This document shows, piece by piece, positions 54,650 through 64,000 of a stretch of DNA of 64,000 nt (positions within the stretch are counted from its first letter, which is position 1; every line of letters starts with the position of its first letter). Both the position numbers and the translations under genes were made by a program. Under the pieces are notes generated by a model that was given only the letters and a program-made list of their open reading frames with translations, was not told the DNA's origin and made no database searches. Source of the stretch: Octopus vulgaris. Its lineage: Eukaryota. The stretch is taken from contig OX597821.1 in NCBI GenBank assembly GCA_951406725.2, forward strand, positions 111,352,001 to 111,416,000, written 5' to 3'.

Positions 54650-55448
54650 ATATATACATATATATACATATATATATGTATGTATACCTATGTATGTGTG
54701 TATATATATATATGTATATGTGTAGATATATATATGTATATATGTGTGTGTGTGTGTGTGTAATGTGTATGAACCCCTTCACACTTACTTCGTTTATTCC
54801 ACTCTTCGTTCTTTCGTTCCTTCTCTCTCACATTTCCTGGCCTTCTCTTCATGCTCACTTTCCCTCTTCTTTCACTTCACTCTGTTCATTTCATTTTTTA
54901 CTCGCCCCTTCTTAATTCTTCTATCCCTCTGCCTCTATTTCTATCTCTTCTCTCACCACGTGACTGGTGTTCGCCCAAGCCTGACCTCCCTTTCTTGGTT
55001 CAACTACCATCCGTGCAACATCTATATTCCTCCCTGTGCCTGTCAAATCATATGTCCCTGCCATAAGACTTCACTTCCGCACACGCCAGCTTAATTTAAT
55101 TCATCCTTAGTCGAAAGACACCTGTTGTTAATGTCCTGTTATTTGTATGTGTGTACCATTTCTCCAGTTTATTCCGTCCTTGTTTTCGTATACATTCACT
55201 GCTTCTTCCAAGGAATCTAGTGCTCTTAGCTTAGTTTTTCCTTGGGGTTGGCCAGAGTGGAGCAATCTCGAGTATAACCAGCCGAAATTGCGAAGATAAT
55301 CTGGAACTCGACTGAGAAAAGAAAACTCCGAATGACACATCCTTGTTTTCTTTGTATCGTCTGTCTGGATGTTTTGCGTTCTTGTCCCATTTTTGTATTT
55401 TTTATATATAAAAATATAGCGGCGTACGTACACTTTGGTTTCTTATAC

Positions 55449-55501
<53 letters not shown>

Positions 55502-55608
55502 AGGCAAGGAAAAATTATAAAAAGGCAGAATGCTAAATTGTAAGAAAATTTTAATGAAAATGGGTGTATCGAAAATTTTGAAAAATTGATAAAATATATA
55601 TATATATT

Positions 55609-55650
55609 AATTCAAACCGGTTTTCGTCATAATGTGACTTTTCAAGAATT
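55609..55650 (-). ncRNA. Type-I hammerhead, U3-A8 core, in the PLE 3' pseudo-LTR
   Basis: AATTC-TTGAAAA-GTCA-CATTA-TGAC-GAA-AACCGGTT-T-GAATT. Confidence 0.8.
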
Positions 55651-56172
55651 GTAAAGAAAAACATTTTTTTTTAAATTTGAGGAAGGGGAAAAAAGAAAAT
55701 TACATTGGTTTTTGCAAAAAAATGATATTAAATATATACAAAAATTAAAAATAGGTACTCCGATACATTGTAAAGTCTATGTGTATCTTGAGTTTAATGA
55801 TAGTTCACGAAAAAATTACCTTGGATTATTGAGATCCATGGGATTAAATCCATGTGTTGTTTAATTTAATTAAGGGTGTCTCTTAAGTGAATGGCAAAAC
55901 AGGAAGTAGTAGTCCAGTTCCTGTGCTGTGAATAAGGGGAGACAACTCTATGGGTTTTAAGCTCTTCAATTTAGGTTTATCAATTTTTTGTAATAAAGGG
56001 TGTTAATAAACCCTAAATTATAAAATTATCATTTTAGCTTCATTTGCATTATCTTTTTTTATATAATTGTTTGCCAACTTAACATTCAGATTTTAACACT
56101 TTACTTATATTGTTTTCTAATTATATAAATTTGCATAAACCAATTTATAATTACATTTCAGACTGTTATGTC

Positions 56173-56257
<85 letters not shown>

Positions 56258-56362
56258 GTAATAATAATGATATTTAAAGAATATAAGTTTTAGCTTGAAG
56301 TGATGACTGCATGGTATCCTTATATATTTCCATGAAGAATGAGGTAGAAAAAAGAAGTATGA

Positions 56363-57374
56363 TCAACGAGGAGTTTGTATATTAAGATGCGTTTTGAATT
56401 TTTCAATAAAGAGATTCTCCTTGTTAATTCTCTCCTGTGTGGTGATTCCATCTTTACATTGGTAGAAGGAGAATATGTAGAATTTGGATTTTTGTCTTTA
56501 GCGCATGAGTCTATGTGGTCACTCAGTGGGATTTGCCGGTATTCCGGGAGATTTATTTGTTCTTTATGCACCGCTACTCTTTTACGTAACGGGAGGCTCG
56601 TTTGTCCAACATAATTATGTTGGCAACCGGCGCATGTGAGAACGTAGATAAGGTTCTCGGAGGAACAGGAGAAGTTTGTCTTGATTTTAAACTTCGTTCC
56701 TTGTTTGAAGATAAATTCAGAGCCTTCAAGTAGGAAGGGGCAGGTGCCACAATTTGGGCGTGCACATTTTTTAACTGCTGGGGGTGGATGTGGTGTGTGA
56801 AGTTTGGCATTTGTCAAGAGTTTTTTTAAAGATTTGTGTTGCCTTTTACATTTGAGGATTTTGTGTGTATTTATAATGTTTTTCATTTTTGGGTCTGTTG
56901 ACAGTAGAGTGAGGTTTTGTAAGATTGTGGTGTATGCTTCGATGTTTTTGGGGTTGTGGGTGGAAATGTATGGAAGTATTTTGGGGTTATGTGCATTGTT
57001 GGGTTGGGTGGTTTTCAGTGTAATGTTGTCTAGTTCTTTGGCGCATTTTATTCCATACTCTATAAGGGTGGAGGGATATTGGCGTTGTAATAGTGTTTTT
57101 TTGAGGTCTTGAAGGCGTATTTCTCGAGTTTTTGGATCCGAGACAATGGTGCATACCCTTTTAGCAAAGTTGAAAGGGATATTTGTCTTGGTGTGTTTTG
57201 GGTGGCATGAACTAAAGAGGAGGTATGGTTGTGAGTCTGTAGGTTTGGGGTAGATGTCTGTTATGATTTGGTTCTTAGGTGTTTTTATAATTAGGAGATC
57301 CAGGAAAGGGAGATGTTGTTTGCTTAATTCCATAGTGAATTGGATGTTGGGATGTATGTTGTTCAGTATGGTTT
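56363..57374 (-). pseudogene. PLE ORF remnant: RT thumb, Cys-rich linker, GIY-YIG endonuclease (frameshift near 56485)
   Basis: LNNIHPNIQFTME, LPFLD, IYPKPT, SCHP, LPYI, CARPNCGTC, NLIYVLTCAGCQHNYVGQT; alternative frame continues ..ERINKENLFIEKFKTHLN. Confidence 0.9.
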
Positions 57375-57754
57375 TGATAATTTTATAATTTAGGGTTTAT
57401 TAACACCCTTTATTACAAAAATTGATAAACCTAAATTGAAGAGCTTAAAACCCATAGAGTTGTCTCCCCTTATTCACAGCACAGGAACTGGACTACTACT
57501 TCCTGTTTTGCCATTCACTTAAGAGACACCCTTAATTAAATTAAACAACACATGGATTTAATCCCATGGATCTCAATAATCCAAGGTAATTTTTTCGTGA
57601 ACTATCATTAAACTCAAGATACACATAGACTTTACAATGTATCGGAGTGCCTATTTTTAAATTTTTGTATATATTTATTACTATTTTTTTGCAAAAAACA
57701 ATGTATTTTTCTTTTTTCCCCTTCCTCAAATTTGAAAAAAATGTTTTTCTTTAC

Positions 57755-57796
57755 AATTCTTGAAAAGTCACATTATGACGAAAACCGGTTTGAATT
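57755..57796 (+). ncRNA. Same U3-A8 hammerhead in the inverted pseudo-LTR
   Basis: Identical motif on the + strand. Confidence 0.8.
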
Positions 57797-57960
57797 AATA
57801 TATATATATTTTATCAATTTTTCAAAATTTTCCATACACCCATTTTCATTAAAATTTTCTTTCAATTTAGCATTCTGCCTTTTTATAATTTTTCCTTGCC
57901 TATCATTTCTCCACGTGCGGTCAACACAACCCCACCATTTATTGATTTATATATATATAT

Positions 57961-58043
<83 letters not shown>

Positions 58044-59040
58044 CTCCGTCTCTCACTTACTCTGTCTCTCCTTCTCCCTATACGATGTAAAGCGTGACTG
58101 GAGACATGAACAACCAACCAACAAAGAAATAAACAAACATTTATATCGGTTATTAATACACAGAGATTATGGGAACAGTTCTTGTACGCTGACGAAGAGA
58201 GGCCAAATGCTAAAAAACAACAACACAAAGAAAAAACCCAGAAAAAATATTTCAAAAATAATTAAACTTAATAAAATGTAATGAATCGCCACCCAACGAC
58301 AGAATGTTTTTTTAAGAATGAGTTTCACACTCATAGCACTTCTTTTCCAAATATGGTGGTTTAATTATAACTTAATTACCTTCTGAAACGAGGTCTCGAT
58401 AAACGCTGGGATAATTATGAATTTAGTCTCTCCACATGTGTAGGTCATGGCGCTGGAATGGAATTTTAGAGATCGGTTTCCTTATTAAAATTGTCAAGCA
58501 ATATCAAATGATATTCTGTCTGGTTTTCCAGCGACTAGTCAGTCGAATTACCTTTGAAAAAGGCGGTTGAAGTTCAACAGTTTGTAATGTCATTAGCGCT
58601 AGATTTGGTAATGGTAAACAAATTTATTCTTAATTAGTAATCTTTGAATGTAACTTAGAAGTTTATGTCATTGCTCATTTATAAATTTACGTCTTCTGTC
58701 TATCTCTTCTGTTTTAACGCGCAAACGGAAAAGGAATTAGGGAGATAAATAAAGATAAAGACTAAAGCTATATCTTAAATAATAACCTCTTTTACTAACA
58801 AGCACAAGGCCCGCAATTTTGATGGAGGGGCAAAGTTGATTATATCGACCCTAGTGTTCAACTAGTACCTGTTTTATTTACCGCGGAAATTGAACTCAGA
58901 ACGTAAAGGCGGACGAAATGCCGTTAGTGATTTCGTCCGATATAAATAATGGCCATTGTAAATATTAGTTGACTGGTTGCTTCGTTAATTTCTCCAACCA
59001 TACTTTACATTATATAGAGAGATGGGGGGGGCAAATAAAT

Positions 59041-59119
<79 letters not shown>

Positions 59120-59121
<2 letters not shown>

Positions 59122-59524
59122 TCTTTACTCTTTACTCTTTTACTTGTTTCAGTCATTTGACTGCGGCCATGCTGGAGCACCACCTCTAATCGAGCGACTC
59201 GACCCCGGGACTTATTCTTTGTAAGCCCAGTACTTATTCTATCGGTCTCTTTTGCCGAACCGCTAAGTGACATAAACACACCAGCATCGGTTGTCAAGCA
59301 ATACTAGGAGGACAAACACTGACACACAAACACGCACATATATATACATATACATATATACGACGGGCTTCTTTCCGTTTCCGTCTACCAAATCCACTCA
59401 CAAGGCTTTGGTCGGCCCGAGGCTATAGTAGAAGACACTTGCCCAAGGTGCCGCGCAGTGGGACTGAACCCAGAACCATGTGGCTGGTAAGCAAGCTACT
59501 TACCACACAGCCACTCCTGCGCCT
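59120..59524 (-). mobile_element. SINE family A, full length, close to the pattern shared by other copies
   Basis: Complete head and (GTAAAAGA)n tail. Confidence 0.9.
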
Positions 59525-60115
59525 ATACATATATATATGTGTGTGTGGGTATCTATATGTGTGTCTGTATTTGTGTTTGTGCCCCAGCACCGCTTCATAA
59601 CCAGTGTTGGATTGTTCCCTTGACCTAGCGGCTCGGTAAGAGGGCCGATAGAATAAGAACCAAGCTTTAAAAAATAAGTACTGTTTTTACTTTGTTCGAT
59701 TAAACTCATCAAGGTGGTGCCCCAGCATTGCCGCACTCTAGTCTCCGAAACAAGTAACAGCACGAGCTTCTACAGGTTCCGCTTACCAAATCCACTCACA
59801 ACACATTGGTCGGCCTCGGGACCATGACAGAAGAAGCATTTTCAAGGTGCCGCCCAGTGGGACTGAACACGAAAACACATAATTACAAAGTGAGCGTCGT
59901 AACCACGTAACCATGTCCGATGAAAATAACAAAAAATATATTAACAACTAGGCGTAGGAGTGGCTGTGTGGTAAGTAGCTTGCTTATGAACCACATGGTT
60001 GCGGGTTCAGTCCTACTGCATGGCACCTTGGGCAAGTGTCTTCTACTATAGCCTTGGGCCGACCAAAGCCTTGTGAGTGGATTTGGTAGACGGAAACTGA
60101 AAGAAGTCCGTCGTA

Positions 60116-60179
<64 letters not shown>

Positions 60180-60181
<2 letters not shown>

Positions 60182-60757
60182 AAACAATAATAAATCTCTG
60201 AACGAGATATAAACAGTAACTGCTCGACAACGTAAGGGGTATCAGCCATCTGAATGTGGCTAGGGACTGGGCGGGGTGGTGGGGTGTTACTGATGCTTTT
60301 AGCCCCAGGCGATCAACGTCACCAGAAGGACTGACACTATCTCAGTGTCCTTGTTTGTTTGTAAAGGGAGGTCATCCTCCCTCGAAGATCCGGGTACTAC
60401 ATACGGACTAGTTTCGAGGTCATTGCCTCTTGTCAACGTATGATAAGCACCGGTGTTCGATGAAGGATTCCCAGTAACCACTGTCACTGATGTAGAAAAA
60501 CTGTCTGAACACAATAATAAATCTCTGAACGAGATATAAACAGTAACTGCTCGACAACGTAAGGGGTATCAGCCATCTGAATGTGGCTAGGGACTGGGCG
60601 GGGTGGTGGGGTGTTACTGATGCTTTTAGCCTCAGGCGATCAACGTCACCACAGTAACACCCCACCACCCCGCCCAGTCCCTAGCCACATTCAGATAGCT
60701 GATACCCCTTACGTTGTCGAGCAGTTACTGTTTATATCTCGTTCAGAGATTTATTAT

Positions 60758-60764
<7 letters not shown>
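60180..60764 (-). mobile_element. Non-coding retrozyme-like / mini-PLE: 327-bp unit plus partial direct repeat plus inverted terminal copy
   Basis: 60184-60324 = 60511-60651 (direct); 60652-60764 = reverse complement of 60180-60292; HHR inside; (TA)n flanks. Confidence 0.85.
60400..60442 (-). ncRNA. Intact-looking type-I hammerhead, U3-A8 core, GUC site
   Basis: CATACG-TTGACAA-GAGG-CAATGA-CCTC-GAA-ACTAGT-C-CGTATG. Confidence 0.85.
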
Positions 60765-60794
<30 letters not shown>

Positions 60795-61323
60795 GGTGTG
60801 TGTGTGTATATGTAGGTGTGTGTGTGTATATGTAGGTGTGTGTGTGTATATGTTTGTGTGTCTGTCTTTATCTCCCGCCCCCAAATCACTTGACAACCGA
60901 TGCTGGTGTGTTTACGTCCCCATCACTTAGCGGTTCGGCAAAAGAACCGATAGAATAAGTACTAGGCTTCCAAAGAATAAGTCCTGGGGTAGATTTGCTC
61001 GACTAAAGGCGGTGCTCCAGCATGGCCACAGTCACATGACTGAAACAAATAAAAGAGTAAAAGAATTACTGTTTATCGTTCTATAGGAAAGAATTAAAGA
61101 AAAAAAAACTGTTGATCAAGTATTTTGAATTTAGCTTATATTTTCTAATACATGTTGCATCTTACGTAAATATTTATTAATTATTTAATCTTGTCACCGA
61201 GAAACGCACTATATACAGATTAAATTAGTAAACTATTGCAGTTAATTTTTTTTAAAATTCCTGCTTGATTTAAATTGCTATTTTCTGTAAGCTCACTTTA
61301 TGGTCTAAGGAATGAGGGAATAC

Positions 61324-61370
61324 TTATCCTCTGATGAGTGGCCAACGCACCATAAAACATGTCAGAGTAA
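61324..61370 (+). ncRNA. Decayed type-I hammerhead
   Basis: TTATCCT-CTGATGA-GTGG..CCAT-AAA-ACATGT-C-AGAGTAA; G12 lost, consistent with CpG decay. Confidence 0.6.
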
Positions 61371-62002
61371 TCTCCGTTATTTTTCTATGTGAGTAATCTC
61401 CTTTGTTTTTATGTGTACGAAGAGTTTAACAAGATGTATTTACTACTGTTTAAAGTTCCACAGGGAAAGGATTAAATACTGCGGTTTAAAAAATAATAAA
61501 AGCTGAATAATTATTCTTTGCATTGTCTTCTAGAACGGCACATATGCTTCACGTAGCATGTATAGCCATATTTGCAGAGTTAGCACAAACTGCACATTCA
61601 TATAAATCACAATGTAAACAATTACCGGCCTTAGATCAACAAAAAGTAGTTTATAAGCGCGAAAGGGATAAGGGATGAGGTCAGAATAAAAGGAAAGTGA
61701 GGTGTATATTAAAGCCCTGCGGGAAAGATTTACTCGGGTTAAAATTTCATATATTTTAATGATTTATTTATGTTTGAAGTGTTACAGTTTTCTGTTGCAT
61801 CTTTGCTCATAGTTTAGAGTTTTGCATTGCTCGTCTTTGGATTAAATAATAATTGAAGAAAAGTTAGTTACTGCTTCGGTACCTCAAAATGTGATCCATT
61901 CTTCCATATTTTGCAGATGTCTCCAAAGGTTATCTTTATCTGACCTGGCTCCTAGCACCTTCCTCTCTCGACAAGCTTTGACCTCTCCTCTTACACACTT
62001 TT

Positions 62003-62356
62003 CTCTCTCACATCGTATAGCTCTCACATCGTACAGCTCTCACGTCATACAGCTCTCACATCATACAGCTCTCACGTCATACAGTTCTCACATCATACAG
62101 CTCTCACGTCATACAGCTCTCACGTCGTACATCTCTTACATCGTACAGCTCTCACATCGTACAGCTCTCACATCATACAGCTCCCACGTCATACAGCTCT
62201 CACGTCATACTGCTCTCATGTCATACAGCTCTCACGTCATACAGCTCTCACGTCATACAACTCTCACATCAAAGAGCTCTCACGTCATACAGTTCCCACG
62301 TCATACAGTTCTCACGTCATACAGTTCTCACATCATACAGCTCTCACATCACGTAC
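62003..62356. repeat. 16-bp minisatellite (CTCTCACGTCATACAG)~22
   Basis: Directly visible. Confidence 0.95.
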
Positions 62357-62644
62357 ACTACTTCCCATATTGAATGATATACAATTCCTCGAGACATTTT
62401 TTTTACTGATTTTATATCATAAAACAGTAGGTATATATAATTAATTATCGTGAGTTTTTTTTCAAAATTCTATAATAATGCTAATTATCTAAGAAAAACC
62501 ATTCATTTTGTTTGCTAGTTTCATAATTCGTAATGAAGTTATTATATTCTGGCAATGTCATAAAGCCTAAACGAATTTATAAAAATTCAAAAAAGAAATT
62601 AATTTTAGTGATTTTATTTGCCGTGAAAAGTAAAAAAACAAACC

Positions 62645-63033
62645 TAACGTTTCGGACACTTATACTTCTTCAGAAAGAACTCTAGCATGGCCGCAGTCCA
62701 ATGACTGAAACATGTGAAAGATAAAAGATAAAAGATAAAAAAAATAACATAAATGGTAAACCACGTGAAAAGTTACTTCAAGTTTCACCATCAGAAAAGC
62801 TATTTTTTCATTTTATTATTTTAAAATCTTTTTGCACATAACGTTTCGGACACTTATACTTCTTCAGAAAGAACTCTAGCATGGCCGCAGTCCAATGACT
62901 GAAACATGTGAAAGATAAAAGATAAAAGATAAAAAAAATAACATAAATGGTAAACCACGTGAAAAGTTACTTCAAGTTTCACCATCAGAAAAGCTATTTT
63001 TTTATTTTATTATTTTAAAATCTTTTTGCACAT
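62645..63033. repeat. Near-perfect 194-bp tandem duplication containing a SINE A tail and an HHR-like motif
   Basis: Units start at 62645 and 62839 (TAACGTTTCGGACAC...). Confidence 0.9.
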
Positions 63034-63502
63034 TTTGTTACATTCTTTGAAAGTTTTTAATGAAAATGTGTTGATATAATTCATTTTGAATCCAACCATA
63101 CCTTCAAAGCTAATTTGTTTTCTCGGTTATTGGTTCCAAAGAAGAAAATGACTTCTGCTTAAAAATCGTGATGATATGAAAGAATTTCTATTTGCGAGTT
63201 TACGTGCTTTTTTTTTTCTCAAAGAACATTAGTCTTCGTTCTTATAATTCGCAACGGCAGCTGTAAAAGAATCAACACGTTACTACACACTGAAGACATC
63301 TTCTCCATTCTGCTGGTGACTCCAAAAGTTACCTATTACATACAAGATGCTGTATATTTCTCCAAGACATTTAACATTTATTCTTTATGTTGTTTGTTAT
63401 TTCTATGTTTTGATTTCACACACACATACACACACACACGCGCGAACACACACACAGGCATACGCACACATACACACTCACACACACACACGCATACAAA
63501 TG

Positions 63503-63580
<78 letters not shown>

Positions 63581-63596
63581 CGTGCATGTATGTATG

Positions 63597-63639
<43 letters not shown>

Positions 63640-63862
63640 CTATATGTATATATACATATATATATATACACACACACATACTCACTCACACAAACACATT
63701 CGCTCACTCACACACACACACTCACTCACTCACGCACACACACATATATATATAAAGAAGTGAGATAGAGAAAATGGCGGTCTTTAAAAGTTTGTATTAC
63801 ATATGCGATAGCAGGAAGATACCATGTTTATTAGTTTCCTCTTTAAACAGCTGCCGAACAAA

Positions 63863-63906
<44 letters not shown>

Positions 63907-64000
63907 TACACACACACGTGTGCACACGCACACACATACGCACACATGCAAACACAAAGTAACAAAGAAACAAAAGAAGAAAGCAACAAAACAAAGCAAA

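Larger units (their letters stand above)
55501..57902 (-). mobile_element. Neptune-type Penelope-like element, 5'-truncated, with ~530-bp inverted pseudo-LTRs (55501-56031 / 57375-57902)
   Basis: PLE ORF between near-identical inverted arms; each arm carries an HHR; (TA)n on both sides. Confidence 0.9.
59951..61065 (+). mobile_element. SINE family A split at its internal (TA)n by the retrozyme-like element
   Basis: Head 59951-60113, tail ~60850-61065. Confidence 0.85.

Noticed and set aside
55252-55304. CCAGA/TCTGG plus GCAATCTCG/CGAAATTGC two-stem structure in a (TA)n-terminated insert
   Set aside because: Hammerhead-like topology but the core nucleotides do not fit.
58185-58210. CTGACGA motif
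   Set aside because: No downstream GAAA or stems.
61891-62373. 160-aa repetitive ORF, and a CRISPR-like appearance of the repeat
   Set aside because: Read-through of a 16-bp minisatellite with no spacers; eukaryotic context.

Overview
Eukaryotic, AT-rich, extremely microsatellite-rich non-coding DNA (intronic or intergenic). The SINE, LINE and microsatellite content looks like an octopod cephalopod genome; this is an inference from repeat style, not a database result. I found no convincing host protein-coding exon, and almost all ORFs in the track are read-throughs of simple repeats. The real content is three tRNA-derived SINE families, fragments of CR1-group, RTE, Tx1/L1 and R4/Dong (RLE) LINEs, Tc1/mariner remnants and MITEs, and two Penelope-like elements (PLEs) with GIY-YIG domains. 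The most striking signal is a set of about a dozen minimal type-I hammerhead ribozyme (HHR) motifs with palindromic stem III, mostly in short inserts sitting in (TA)n tracts, many with inverted-repeat ends. Several unrelated elements carry a U3-A8 core (UUGANAA) in place of canonical C3-G8 (CUGANGA). These include a Neptune-type PLE with 530-bp inverted termini (55501-57902) and a 327-bp-period retrozyme-like element (60180-60764). A separate RTE-derived short insertion begins with an HDV-like ribozyme fold (41104-41219). All ribozyme calls are manual folds and are untested.
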